In this document: piece after piece, positions 48,550-58,715 of the stretch | Position numbering within the stretch: the first letter of the stretch is position 1 | Layout of the letters: the number at the start of each line of letters is the position of its first letter | Assembly (NCBI GenBank): GCA_037481835.1 | Contig: JBBFKW010000006.1 | Coordinates: forward strand, 32,001-96,000 | DNA length: 64,000 nucleotides | Origin: Desulfosoma sp. | Lineage (GTDB): Bacteria; Desulfobacterota; Syntrophobacteria; Syntrophobacterales; DSM-9756 | Reading direction: 5' to 3' | Notes under the pieces: generated by a model | Databases searched by the model: none | What the model was told of the DNA's origin: nothing | The model's input: only the letters and a program-made list of their open reading frames with translations | Position numbers and translations under genes: made by a program

Positions 48550-49620
48550 ATGCTGGTCGTGATGCACAAAGGAGCCACACCGGAAGACGTGGCGCACGTG
48601 GTGCGCGCCATCGAAAGTCGAGGCTACAGCGCGCGGCCCATCCAGGGCGGCGAACGCATGGCCATCGGCATCCTCAACAATCGCGGCCCGGTGGATCCCA
48701 ACTGGGTGTTGGGCCTTCCCGGCGTCAAGGAAGCCATCCCGGTGACCCGACCGTACAAGCTGGTGAGCCGCGAATTTCACCCGCAGGACACGGTGGTGAC
48801 CGTGGGCGATGTGCGCATCGGCAACGGCACGGTGGTCGTCATCGCCGGGCCGTGCGCCGTGGAAAGCGAGGAACAGGCCCTGACCATCGCCCGCCACGTG
48901 AAGCGCGCCGGGGCGCATCTTTTCCGAGGCGGAGCCTTCAAGCCTCGCACCTCCCCTTACGCCTTCCAAGGACTGGGCGAACAAGCCCTGAAAATCCTCG
49001 TCAAGGTGCGCGAAGAAACGGGTCTTCCCATCGTGACGGAAGCCTTGGACCACACCGTCTTCGACCTGGTGGAAGAAGCCGCGGACATCGTCCAGATCGG
49101 CGCCCGCAACATGCAGAATTTCACCTTGCTTCGCCGCGCGGGGCATTCCTCCAAGCCCGTGCTCCTCAAACGAGGCATGGCCGCGACCCTGGAAGAATGG
49201 CTCATGGCCGCCGAATACATCCTGGAAGGCGGCAACCCCAACGTCATCTTGTGCGAACGCGGCATCCGCACCTTTACGGATCACAGTCGAAACACGTTGG
49301 ATCTTTCGGCGGTGCCCGTGGTGCGCAAGGAAAGCCACCTGCCCATCATCGTGGATCCCAGCCACGCCTGCGGCCGCCGGGATCAGGTGATTCCGTTGAG
49401 TCGCGCCGCCGTGGCCGTCGGCGCCAACGGACTCATGGTGGAAGTCCATCACCGGCCGGAAGAGGCTCTGAGCGACGGCGCCCAGTCGCTCTACCCCGAC
49501 CAGTTCCGAAGGCTGTGCGACGAAATTCAACCGCTGGTGCAACTGTACGCCCGGGCGCCCGAATCCCGAAGCGGAGCCGAGGCGGCCCGTTTCGACGCGG
49601 TGGCGGGGGCGTCGGTTTAA
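48550..49620 (+). CDS. aroF: DAHP synthase, type I-beta
   Basis: IAGPCAVES, GGAFKPRTSPY, QIGARNMQNF, LLKRG, CERGIRTF, DPSH. Confidence 0.95.
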   Translation: MLVVMHKGATPEDVAHVVRAIESRGYSARPIQGGERMAIGILNNRGPVDPNWVLGLPGVKEAIPVTRPYKLVSREFHPQDTVVTVGDVRIGNGTVVVIAGPCAVESEEQALTIARHVKRAGAHLFRGGAFKPRTSPYAFQGLGEQALKILVKVREETGLPIVTEALDHTVFDLVEEAADIVQIGARNMQNFTLLRRAGHSSKPVLLKRGMAATLEEWLMAAEYILEGGNPNVILCERGIRTFTDHSRNTLDLSAVPVVRKESHLPIIVDPSHACGRRDQVIPLSRAAVAVGANGLMVEVHHRPEEALSDGAQSLYPDQFRRLCDEIQPLVQLYARAPESRSGAEAARFDAVAGASV

Positions 49621-49720
49621 GGGGCTGGAAGGATGCGGCCGCATCCCCCGCGACGGTTCCGGGGGGCAGAAGCCGGGCCGGAAGGTTCGGCATCCGGAGA
49701 TTCTCCAAAGGACGGACACG

Positions 49721-51349
49721 ATGAAACTGCGGTTTTTTCCCACACGGAAGGAATTCGCCGAGGGGCTCAGCCGGGGAAACCTGGTCCCCGTGTGCTGCGA
49801 CCTTTTGGCCGACACGGAAACCCCCGTGTCGGCTCTGGCCAAGATCCGTCGTCCGGGCCGTCCCGTTTTCCTCCTGGAAAGCGTGGAAGGCGGTGAACGC
49901 TGGGGGCGCTACAGCTTCCTCGGCGCTTCCGCGTCGCGGCATGTTCGGATCTTCCGGGACCGCGTGGACCTGGAGGAAAACGGCGTGCGGCGCAGCCTGG
50001 ACCACGGGGGCGATCCCCTCGCACTCCTGCGCGCGATCATGGCCCCCTACCGGCCCGTCACCATCCCGGGACTGCCTCGGTTTTGGGGCGGCCTTGTAGG
50101 GTGGTTCGCCTACGAAACGGTCTCCTTCTTCGAAAGGATTCCCCACGGGCTGCCGCCCGAAGAGCCCCTGGCTCATTTCGTCATGACGGATGAGCTCCTC
50201 ATCTTTGACAATGTGCGCCACACTCTCACCCTGCTGGTCCCCGTGTATCGGCAAAACGAGGCGGACGACCCGGGAAGTCTCTACGACGAAGCCGTCTCGC
50301 GCTTGGAAAAACTGGCCGAATCCCTTGGGCGGCCTTTGCGGGTGCCGGCCGTTGCCCTGGCCGAGCCCGCCTCGGCCCCTCCACCCCCCCAACCCTCGTG
50401 CCCAACAGGAAAAACGGCGCGCCATGAAGGACCGGGGCACAGCGGGCAAAACGGCGCACCGGCGGAGAAGCCGCACAATGTGCCGACCGGGGAAGTCGCC
50501 CAAGCCGGCGCGTTTGGCTCGACCATATCCCGAGACGCCTTTCTTGCCATGGTCCGCACCGTCAAAGAACACATCACGGCAGGGGACGTCATCCAAACCG
50601 TGATTTCCCAGCCGTTCGTGCTCCGGCCCGCCCCCGATCCCTGGTTCCTGTACCGCGCCCAGCGCTACGTGAATCCGTCTCCCTACATGTTCTTCATGGA
50701 ACTGGACGATCGGATCCTCGTGGGTTCTTCTCCGGAAACCATGGTTCGGCTGGAAAACGGTGTGGCGACCCTTCGGCCCATCGCCGGCACGCGCCCCCGG
50801 GGCGCCACGGAACAGGAAGACCGCCGCCTCGCCGACGAGCTCCTGAAAGACCCGAAAGAAAGAGCCGAACACCTCATGCTCGTGGATCTCGGCCGAAACG
50901 ACCTGGGACGGGTCGCTGAAACGGGCACCGTCCAGGTCACCGACCTCATGGTCGTGGAACGCTACTCCCACGTCATGCACCTCGTCTCCAACATCACGTG
51001 CGACCTTCGCCGGGACGCCGACGCGTGGGATCTCCTGCGGGCCACCTTTCCGGCGGGAACGCTCACCGGAGCCCCCAAGATCCGGGCCATGGAAATCATC
51101 GCCGCCCTGGAACCCGCGCCGAGGGGTCCTTACGGCGGCGCCGTGGGCTACATCGCCTTTACGGGCAACATGGATCTCGCCATCACCATCCGCACGGCAT
51201 GCCTCAAAGACGGCACCATGACCGTGCAGACCGGGGCGGGCATCGTGGCCGATTCCGTCCCCGAACGGGAATACGAGGAAACGGTGAACAAGGCCCGGGC
51301 CATGCTCAAGGCCGTGGCCCTGCTGCACAACGCCAACAAGAACCCCTAG
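49721..51349 (+). CDS. trpE: Anthranilate synthase component I
   Basis: DTETP, LLESVEGGERWGRYS, NPSPYMF, PIAGTRPRG, EHLMLVDLGRND, PAGTLTGAPK. Confidence 0.95.
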   Translation: MKLRFFPTRKEFAEGLSRGNLVPVCCDLLADTETPVSALAKIRRPGRPVFLLESVEGGERWGRYSFLGASASRHVRIFRDRVDLEENGVRRSLDHGGDPLALLRAIMAPYRPVTIPGLPRFWGGLVGWFAYETVSFFERIPHGLPPEEPLAHFVMTDELLIFDNVRHTLTLLVPVYRQNEADDPGSLYDEAVSRLEKLAESLGRPLRVPAVALAEPASAPPPPQPSCPTGKTARHEGPGHSGQNGAPAEKPHNVPTGEVAQAGAFGSTISRDAFLAMVRTVKEHITAGDVIQTVISQPFVLRPAPDPWFLYRAQRYVNPSPYMFFMELDDRILVGSSPETMVRLENGVATLRPIAGTRPRGATEQEDRRLADELLKDPKERAEHLMLVDLGRNDLGRVAETGTVQVTDLMVVERYSHVMHLVSNITCDLRRDADAWDLLRATFPAGTLTGAPKIRAMEIIAALEPAPRGPYGGAVGYIAFTGNMDLAITIRTACLKDGTMTVQTGAGIVADSVPEREYEETVNKARAMLKAVALLHNANKNP

Positions 51350-51375
51350 GTCGGGCAAAGCGCAGCGAACCCCGG
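51346..51375 (+). repeat. Degenerate GTAG-type REP
   Basis: CTAGGTCGGGCAAAGCGCAGCGAACCCC shares AGCGCAGCGAACCCC with the REP at 31312. Confidence 0.4.
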
Positions 51376-51403
51376 TGCCTGCAACGCCCCAAGGAGGTCT
51401 GCC

Positions 51404-51979
51404 ATGATCGTCATGATCGACAATTACGATTCCTTTACCTACAACCTGGTCCAGTACCTGCAAGTGCTGGGGGCCGACGTGCGGGTCATCCGAAACGATG
51501 CGGCGTCGGTGGAAGAAATCCTGTCCTGGAACCCGAGCGGGATCGTCATCTCTCCGGGTCCGGGAAAACCCGAAGACGCCGGCGTTTCGGTCGCCCTCAT
51601 CCGCGCGGCCGCGCCCTCCGTTCCCATCCTGGGCGTGTGCCTGGGCCATCAGGCCATCGCCGTGGCCTTCGGGGGCCGCGTGGGCCCCGCCCGGTCTCTC
51701 ATGCACGGCAAGACCTCCATGGTCCAGCCCGACGGGCGAGGCATCTACCGGGGCCTTTCGGGTCCGTTCCAGGCCATGCGTTACCATTCCCTGGCCGTTT
51801 TCCGAGACGCCCTTCCCGACTGCCTGGAAATCAGCGCGGAAGCCGACGACGGCGAAATCATGGGGATCCGCCACAAGGCGTACCCGTGCGAAGGCATCCA
51901 GTTTCATCCCGAATCCATCATGACACCCGTGGGAAAGCGCCTCTTGCGCAACTTCCTCAACGGGCACGGAGGTCACTGA
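51404..51979 (+). CDS. trpG: Anthranilate synthase component II
   Basis: IDNYDSFTYNL, SPGPG, GVCLGHQ, RYHSL, QFHPES. Confidence 0.95.
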   Translation: MIVMIDNYDSFTYNLVQYLQVLGADVRVIRNDAASVEEILSWNPSGIVISPGPGKPEDAGVSVALIRAAAPSVPILGVCLGHQAIAVAFGGRVGPARSLMHGKTSMVQPDGRGIYRGLSGPFQAMRYHSLAVFRDALPDCLEISAEADDGEIMGIRHKAYPCEGIQFHPESIMTPVGKRLLRNFLNGHGGH

Positions 51980-51980
51980 C

Positions 51981-53009
51981 GTGTTTCGCGACTGCCTGCA
52001 AAAGATCGCCAAAAGGGTGGACCTTTCGGAAGAAGAGATGAGCGCCGTCATGGATGGGCTCATGTCCGGGGACCTCACCGACGCCCAGATCGGGGCCTTT
52101 ATGGCCGCTCTGGCCACCAAGGGAGAAACCTTTGCGGAACTGGCCGGGGCGGCCCGGACCATGCGCCGCAAGGCCCACCGCATCCACGTGAACGCCTCCA
52201 CGGTGGTGGACACCTGCGGGACGGGAGGCGACGGCGCCCACACGTTCAACATTTCCACCACGGCGGCCTTCGTCGTGGCGGGATGCGGCGTTACGGTCGC
52301 CAAGCACGGCAACCGGTCGGTGTCCAGCCGGTGCGGGAGCGCCGACGTGCTGGAAGCTTTGGGGGTGCGCCTGGATACGGACCCGGAAGTGGTGGAAGAG
52401 GCCGTGGGGGAAATCGGCATCGGGTTTCTCTTCGCGCCGCTCTACCACGGCGCCATGCGCCATGCCGCCAAAGCCCGAAAAGAAGTGGGCCTCCGATCCA
52501 TTTTCAACATGCTGGGCCCCCTCACCAATCCCGCCGGAGCCAACTGCCAGGTGCTGGGCGTCTACGCCCCGGAGCTGACGGAAATGTTCGCCAAGGCCCT
52601 GCAGCGTCTCGGGGCGCGCCGCGCTTTCGTCGTCCACGGTCACGACGGCCTGGACGAAATCACGGTGTGCGCCCCCACCCGGGTGACGGAACTCCAAGAC
52701 GGATTGCTGCGAACCTATGATTTGGACCCGGAACGGATCCTGGGCCGAACGGCCGACCCCGAAGCCCTTCGCGGCGGATCGCCCCAAGAAAACGCCAAAA
52801 TTCTGCGATCCATCCTGGAAGGGGCGGCGGGGCCGCGCCGGGACGTGGTCGTCTTGAACGCGGCGGCGGCTCTGGTGGCTGCAGGATCGGCGGAGGACCT
52901 GAAGGAGGGGGTGAGGCTCGCCGAACAGAGCCTGGATTCCGGCGCAGCCCGGGCCAAGCTGGACGCCCTGGTGCGCTTCACTCGGGAACGCGCTCCATCG
53001 GTGGGGTGA
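51981..53009 (+). CDS. trpD: Anthranilate phosphoribosyltransferase
   Basis: DTCGTGGDG, FNIST, KHGNRSVSS, FNMLGPLTNP, DGLDE. Confidence 0.96.
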   Translation: MFRDCLQKIAKRVDLSEEEMSAVMDGLMSGDLTDAQIGAFMAALATKGETFAELAGAARTMRRKAHRIHVNASTVVDTCGTGGDGAHTFNISTTAAFVVAGCGVTVAKHGNRSVSSRCGSADVLEALGVRLDTDPEVVEEAVGEIGIGFLFAPLYHGAMRHAAKARKEVGLRSIFNMLGPLTNPAGANCQVLGVYAPELTEMFAKALQRLGARRAFVVHGHDGLDEITVCAPTRVTELQDGLLRTYDLDPERILGRTADPEALRGGSPQENAKILRSILEGAAGPRRDVVVLNAAAALVAAGSAEDLKEGVRLAEQSLDSGAARAKLDALVRFTRERAPSVG

Positions 53010-53029
53010 AGGGTTGCCCGCTCATCCGG

Positions 53030-53515
53030 CCCCCTCACCCCGGCCCTCTCCCCCTAAAGGGGGAGAGGGGGGCATTGAACTTCCGCCGATGGGTTGGGCC
53101 CTGTCCGCTGGATTCGTGCCACTTCTCCTTCGGGTCGGCTCCCCCCTTCCCTGGATCAGTTCCCCCTCTCCCCTTCATTCATTCCCCCTCTCCCCTTGAG
53201 GGGAGAGGGTCGGGGTGAGGGGTGATAGGCAAGGGGATAAGGGTAAGAAGTAGAGGGTAGGCAGGGAAGGGTAAGGGGTAAAGGATGAGCGGGGAAAAAA
53301 GCTCGGGGTCCGGATTCACGCTTCTATCGATGGGTTCCCCCTTGCCTCGATGGCACGCTCCCTGTCTCCTGGATTCGAGCCACTTCTCCTTCGGGTCGGC
53401 TCCCCCCTTCCCTGGATCAGTTCCCCCTCTCCCCTTCACTTATTCCCCCTCTCCCCTTGAGGGGAGAGGGTCGGGGTGAGGGGTGAAGCGTAAGGCGAGA
53501 GGGGTGAGGGGTGAT
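53030..53515. repeat. Palindromic element copies 7 (+), 8 (-) and 9 (-), a ~125-bp direct duplication and purine-rich heptamer-like tracts
   Basis: Elements at 53030-53070, 53184-53222 and 53445-53483; 53100-53225 repeated at 53361-53486. Confidence 0.88.
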
Positions 53516-53546
53516 TCGTGAAGATTGAAAAAACGGAGTAGCCACA

Positions 53547-54539
53547 ATGGCCGATTTTCTTTCCCGAATTCTTCATGCCAAGAAGGCGGAAACGGCGGCG
53601 CAGGCGGCCCGGCGGCCCCTTGCGGAGATCCGCCGCGATGCGGAAGCCATGCCGCCGCCCCGTCCCTTCGCCGCCGCCTTGGCCCTCGGTCCGGATCGCA
53701 CCTCCCCCCTTCCGGGAAAAATCGCCCCCGTAGTCCCTGGGGTGGCGGAACCAACTTTGGCGCCCTCATCCTCCCCAAAGGCGCCCCTTCTGCCCGCTTC
53801 CGGTACGGACCGGAGGTTCGCGCTCCCAGAGGCCGCCCAGGGGGATGCGCCGAACGCTGGCCATCCATCCTGCCCCGTGCGGTTGATTGCGGAAATCAAG
53901 AGGGCGTCCCCGTCCAAGGGACCGCTCCGCCCCGACCTCGACCCGGCGGATCTGGCTCACGCTTACGCCAGGGGCGGCGCGGCGGCCCTTTCCGTCTTAA
54001 CCGACGGCCCTTTCTTCGGCGGCTCCCTGGAGGATCTCGCGGTCGCCCGAAGCGCCGTCTCCCTTCCGGTCCTTCGCAAAGATTTCATCGTGAGCGACTA
54101 TCAAATTTACGAAGCGAGGGCCGCCGGAGCCGATGCGGTCCTCCTCATCGTCCGGGCGGTAAGCCCCGCTTTTCTCCGGGACGCCCTGGCCTTGTGCGAG
54201 GCTCTTGGGCTGGGCGCCTTGACGGAAGTTCACAACGAGGCCGAAGTGGAAACCGCCCTGGCCTGCGGCGCCCAAATCCTCGGCGTAAACAACCGCAACC
54301 TTGAAACGTTTGAAACAAATGTGCACACCTCCATCCGCCTGCGCTCGCAAATCCCCGAAGACCGCATCATGGTCGCCGAAAGCGGCATCCGCGACCGCTC
54401 GGACATCGAGCGGCTTCGGGCCGTGGGAATTTTAAATTTCCTCGTTGGAGAATCCCTGGTGCGCGCTGCGGACCCGGAAGCAGCCGTGCGAGATTTCCTG
54501 GGCCCTTTCGGCCCCCTCACCCCGACCCTCTCCCCCTAA
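53547..54539 (+). CDS. trpC: Indole-3-glycerol-phosphate synthase with ~60-aa insertion
   Basis: LIAEIKRASPSKG, LSVLTD, PVLRKDFI, GVNNRNL, VAESGI, FLVGESL. Confidence 0.93.
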   Translation: MADFLSRILHAKKAETAAQAARRPLAEIRRDAEAMPPPRPFAAALALGPDRTSPLPGKIAPVVPGVAEPTLAPSSSPKAPLLPASGTDRRFALPEAAQGDAPNAGHPSCPVRLIAEIKRASPSKGPLRPDLDPADLAHAYARGGAAALSVLTDGPFFGGSLEDLAVARSAVSLPVLRKDFIVSDYQIYEARAAGADAVLLIVRAVSPAFLRDALALCEALGLGALTEVHNEAEVETALACGAQILGVNNRNLETFETNVHTSIRLRSQIPEDRIMVAESGIRDRSDIERLRAVGILNFLVGESLVRAADPEAAVRDFLGPFGPLTPTLSP

Positions 54540-54950
54540 AGGGGGAGAGGGAGATCTGGAAGGTTCCAATCCTCGAGGGGGAGAGGGGGATGGGGAGCGG
54601 GCCAATCCTCAAGAGGGAGAGGGGGATAAGGAACGGGCCCATGCTGAAGTGGAGAGGGGGATAAGAAGATGGAGAGCAGGCCGGTCCTGAAGGGGGAGAG
54701 GGAGAGGGAGGTGAGGAGCGGGCCAATCCTGAAGTGGAGAGGGGCAAAGGGAGATGCCGAACGTGTCAGTCCTCGAGGGGGAGAGGGGAATGCGGAGCGG
54801 GCCAATCCTGAAGTGGAGAGGGGCAAAGGGAGTTGCGGAAGGTTCGAGCCTTCAAAGGGGGGAGGGGGATGGGGAGCGGGCTGGTCCTAAAGGGGGAGAG
54901 GAGAGAGGGAGGTGAGGAGCGGGCGGATTCCGATGGGGGAGGGGGACGGC
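54512..54950 (+). repeat. Palindromic element copy 10 with ~35-43-bp purine-rich array
   Basis: CCCCCTCACCCCGACCCTCTCCCCC-TAAA-GGGGGAGAGGG then about 10 units containing GGAGAGGG...GAGCGGGCCAATCCT. Confidence 0.88.
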
Positions 54951-55138
54951 AGGGCCGGGGCGAGTCCACCGGGGAAAATGAGGCTTGACGGCTTTGACCA
55001 TGAAAAAGTGGCGACATTATGAATTTGAAGGGGCGAGCCCACGGGGAAAAATGAGGCGCGACGGCGGGGGGCCCATGGCAGGTTTGCTATGGCGCGGTTC
55101 CTGCCGAGCCAAAAGGCTCAGGGCTATGGGAGCCAATA

Positions 55139-55292
55139 ACCCCCCATCACGGGCGGCCCATCACAACGAAGGATGAAAGTCTCATAGTTACGGTCTGTTA
55201 CAGAGACTTTCATATACCCCCCATCACGGGCAGCCCGTGACAACAAAGGATGAGAGTCTCGTGGTTACGGGATGTTACCGAGACTTTCATAT
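55139..55292 (+). repeat. Two 77-bp direct repeats, each with an internal hairpin
   Basis: ACCCCCCATCACGGGC...ATGAAAGTCTC...GAGACTTTCATAT at 55139 and 55216. Confidence 0.85.
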
Positions 55293-55308
55293 CAACGGAG
55301 GCCTACCG

Positions 55309-55959
55309 ATGGACATTAAAATTTGCGGGATCACGACGGTGGAGGATGCGGCGGCCGCGGCCGCCCTGGACATCCAAGCCGTGGGGCTCGTCTTTTACCC
55401 CAAGAGCCCGCGGTTCGTGGACGAGGCGGCGGCCCGCCGCATCGTGGAAAGCCTCCCTTCCCGGATCGCCGCCGTGGGGGTCTTCGTGGATACGCCCGCT
55501 TCGGCCGTGCTCCAAACGGCTCGGGCCGTGGGCCTTCACGCCGTGCAGCTCCACGGGTCCGAACCCCCGGAGGACATTTGCCGCCTTCGCGACGCCGGCC
55601 TTCGGGTCGTCAAGGCCCTCTTCGTCAACCGCGCCCCCGGCCTGGACGCTCACACGGCTTACGCCCCCACGGCGTTTCTCGTGGAATGCGCGGGATCCCG
55701 GCGACCCGGCGGGAACGCCTTGACCTGGGACTGGTCCCGGGCCCGCGGGGCCATCCCCGCCGTGCCCATGATCCTCGCCGGGGGCCTCACCCCGGAAAAC
55801 GTCCGGGACGCCGTCCTCGCCGCAGACCCGAGCGGCGTGGACGTGAGTTCCGGTGTGGAAAGCCGCCCGGGTCGAAAGGACCCGGAGAAGATGCACCGAT
55901 TCGTGAACGCCGTGCGCCGCCTTCGGCCGCACCCATCCCAAGGAGGAATCTTCTCATGA
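55309..55959 (+). CDS. trpF: Phosphoribosylanthranilate isomerase
   Basis: [40 protein letters not shown]. Confidence 0.95.
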   Translation: MDIKICGITTVEDAAAAAALDIQAVGLVFYPKSPRFVDEAAARRIVESLPSRIAAVGVFVDTPASAVLQTARAVGLHAVQLHGSEPPEDICRLRDAGLRVVKALFVNRAPGLDAHTAYAPTAFLVECAGSRRPGGNALTWDWSRARGAIPAVPMILAGGLTPENVRDAVLAADPSGVDVSSGVESRPGRKDPEKMHRFVNAVRRLRPHPSQGGIFS

Positions 55960-57188
55960 ACCCCACCGCAGCCTCATCTTACGCCTCGCCGCCGTCCGCC
56001 AAAGCGGCGGGCACCGCCGTGCCGGATGCGCGCGGCCATTTCGGTCCCTTCGGAGGCCGCTACGTGGCCGAAACCCTCATGCCGGCCCTGCTGGAACTGG
56101 AAGCCGCCTTCGAGGCGGCCCGGAAGGATGCGACCTTCCACGACGCCTTTCATCAGCTGCTCTCGGAATACGCCGGGCGCCCCACGCCCCTGTATCCGGC
56201 CCGGCGGCTCACGGCCCACTGCGGCGGTGCCCGCATCTACCTCAAACGGGAAGACCTGGCTCACACGGGCGCCCACAAGATCAACAACACCCTGGGCCAG
56301 GTCCTGCTCGCCCGGCGCATGGGCAAAACCAAGGTCATCGCGGAAACGGGCGCGGGCCAGCACGGCGTGGCCACCGCCACCGCGGCGGCCCTCTTCGGCA
56401 TGGAATGCCGGGTCTTCATGGGCACGGAAGACGTCAAGCGCCAGGCGCCCAACGTGCGCCGCATGGAACTCCTGGGCGCCCGAGTCGTCCCCGTCTCCTC
56501 GGGCACGGGAACCCTCAAGGACGCCATGAACGAAGCCATGCGCTACTGGGTGAGCGCCGTTCGGGATACCTTTTACGTCATCGGATCCGTGGCGGGCCCC
56601 CACCCCTACCCGGTGATGGTGCGCGACTTCCAGAGGGTCATCGGCGACGAAGCGCGCCGTCAGATCCTGGATCGGGAAGGACGCCTGCCGGACGCCCTCA
56701 TCGCCTGCGTGGGCGGCGGCAGCAACGCCATGGGCCTCTTCTATCCCTTTCTGGACGACCCCGTGGCCATGATCGGCGTGGAAGCCGCCGGAGAAGGGAT
56801 CGACACGGGAAAACACGCCGCCACCCTGGGCGCCGGATCCGTCGGGGTGCTGCACGGATCCAAGTCCTTCGTCCTCCAGGACCCTTACGGCCAGATCCGG
56901 GAAGCCCACTCCATCTCCGCCGGGCTGGACTATCCCGGCGTGGGCCCCGAGCACGCGTGGCTCAAGGAAAGCGGTCGAGCCCGCTACGTGGCCGTGACGG
57001 ACTCGGAAGCCTTGGAAGCCTTCCGGACCCTCTCCACCCTGGAAGGCATCATCCCGGCCTTGGAAAGCGCCCACGCCGTGGCCTACGCCATGGAAGAAGC
57101 GGCGCGAAGGGGCCCCGACGAGATCCTCATCGTCAATCTTTCCGGCCGGGGCGACAAGGACTTGGGCATCGTCTTTCGGGATCTCTAG
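55956..57188 (+). CDS. trpB: Tryptophan synthase beta chain
   Basis: [53 protein letters not shown]. Confidence 0.97.
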   Translation: MNPTAASSYASPPSAKAAGTAVPDARGHFGPFGGRYVAETLMPALLELEAAFEAARKDATFHDAFHQLLSEYAGRPTPLYPARRLTAHCGGARIYLKREDLAHTGAHKINNTLGQVLLARRMGKTKVIAETGAGQHGVATATAAALFGMECRVFMGTEDVKRQAPNVRRMELLGARVVPVSSGTGTLKDAMNEAMRYWVSAVRDTFYVIGSVAGPHPYPVMVRDFQRVIGDEARRQILDREGRLPDALIACVGGGSNAMGLFYPFLDDPVAMIGVEAAGEGIDTGKHAATLGAGSVGVLHGSKSFVLQDPYGQIREAHSISAGLDYPGVGPEHAWLKESGRARYVAVTDSEALEAFRTLSTLEGIIPALESAHAVAYAMEEAARRGPDEILIVNLSGRGDKDLGIVFRDL

Positions 57189-57241
57189 GAAGACGGGCGG
57201 TTCGCAGAGAAACCCATCACCTTTTTGGAAAGGATCCATCC

Positions 57242-58039
57242 ATGAGCCGACTGGCACGGCTTTTCGCCGATCTCAAGGAAAAACACGAAGGCGCCCTCGT
57301 GGGCTTCGTCACGGCAGGCGATCCCACGCCCGACGTGTCGTTTCACATCCTTCGGGCCATGGCCGAAGCGGGCGTGGACATCATCGAACTGGGGGTGCCC
57401 TTTTCCGATCCCACGGCCGACGGCCCCGTGATCCAGCGCTCGTCGGCCCGCGCGCTCGCCCAAGGCATGACCCTGGAAAAGACCCTGGATCTGTGCCGGG
57501 CGCTGCGCCGGGAAACCGACGTGCCGCTTGTCGTCTTCAGCTACTACAATCCCATCCTGGCCATGGGCGGAAGGCGCTTTTATGAAGAAAGCGTGCGAGC
57601 CGGAGCCGACGCCGCCCTCGTCGTGGACCTCCCGCCCGAAGAATCGCGGGAACTGCTGGACCAGTGGAGCGGGAACCGGCTGGATTTCATCCGGCTTGCG
57701 GCGCCCACGACCCCGACGGAGCGCATGGCGGCCATCGCCCGGGACGCCTCGGGGTTTCTCTACCTGGTGTCCATGACCGGGGTGACGGGAAGCGCCGGGC
57801 TGGATCTTTCGGAAGTGGCGGCAACGGCGGCGCGGTTGAAGGAGGTGACTTCCCTTCCCGTCTGCGTGGGCTTTGGACTTTCGCAACCCGAGCACGTTTC
57901 GGCGGTGTGCCGGGCGGCGGACGGCGCCGTGGTGGGAAGCGCCTTTGAAAGGCTCATCGAGAAAAACCTCGGGGCGAAAGATCTTCCCGAGCGGATCGCC
58001 CGCTACGCCCGCACCCTCAAAGCCGCCACCCGCTCGTGA
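57242..58039 (+). CDS. trpA: Tryptophan synthase alpha chain
   Basis: ELGVPFSDPTADGPVIQ, YYNP, VDLPPEE, GVTG, VGFG, VVGSA. Confidence 0.97.
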   Translation: MSRLARLFADLKEKHEGALVGFVTAGDPTPDVSFHILRAMAEAGVDIIELGVPFSDPTADGPVIQRSSARALAQGMTLEKTLDLCRALRRETDVPLVVFSYYNPILAMGGRRFYEESVRAGADAALVVDLPPEESRELLDQWSGNRLDFIRLAAPTTPTERMAAIARDASGFLYLVSMTGVTGSAGLDLSEVAATAARLKEVTSLPVCVGFGLSQPEHVSAVCRAADGAVVGSAFERLIEKNLGAKDLPERIARYARTLKAATRS

Positions 58040-58049
58040 CTCCGGGCCG

Positions 58050-58426
58050 TGCGCCCCTTCCCCGTCGGGGCATGCCAGCCCCCTTTCCCCGCCGGGGAAC
58101 GCCGGCCCCCTCTCCTCCTTCGGCCACTTCCAGCCCCCTGCGCCGATTGGGGGATACCAGCTCCCTCTTTGCCGAATTTTCGGCCCCTTATCCCCCTTCC
58201 GGCAATTCAGCCCCCTCCCCCCTCTGGGCGATCTCAGACTCCTTCTCCCGTTTGGGGGACGCCAGCCTCCCTCCCCCCTTCCGCCAATTCCAGTCCCCTT
58301 CCCCCCTTGGGGGATCCTAGACTCTCTCTGCCCCCTTTGGGGAATCTCAGACTCCCTCTCCCCCCTCTGGGGAATTTTAGGCTCCCTCTCCCCCCTCTGG
58401 GGGGAGAGGGCCGGGGTGAGGGGGGG
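58050..58426 (-). repeat. Palindromic element copy 11 with ~30-bp array decaying leftwards
   Basis: Element at 58384-58426; unit ~CTCCCTCTCCCCCCTCTGGGGAATnTnAGr. Confidence 0.88.
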
Positions 58427-58715
58427 CACACCCGCCGATCTCCCCCTAAAAATCCCCCTTCCCTCGGCGCGCGCCGCGGGTTATGAGCCGACACAAACCC
58501 CGCCGGGTTCGGTTCCGCCGGAAGGCCAGCCTTTTAACGGGCCGTCCCCGGGCTTTTCGACACCGCCTTCCCGCTCTCGTTTTTTTCGCACTCAGCGCTT
58601 CCGGAAGGCATCCGCCCTCTCCTTCATGCCACGGAAAGGAGGTGGGAACGCGTCAACGCCAATCCCTCGAGACCCTCTAAGACCTGGAAACCTTCATCTT
58701 CCACGGAGGAGCGAC

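Noticed and set aside
49433..52420. 995-aa minus-strand ORF
   Set aside because: Antisense shadow of trpE/G/D caused by high-GC codon bias; no recognisable motifs
55323..55955. Apparent long N-terminal extension or fusion on trpB
   Set aside because: Overlaps trpF in another frame; ATG 55956 has an AAGGAGG RBS and ATGA coupling
57873..58715. 281-aa N-terminal extension of the cytochrome c peroxidase ORF
   Set aside because: The open frame runs through the end of trpA and a C-rich repeat array lacking stops; the likely start is ATG 58716 with a GGAGGAG RBS and signal peptide
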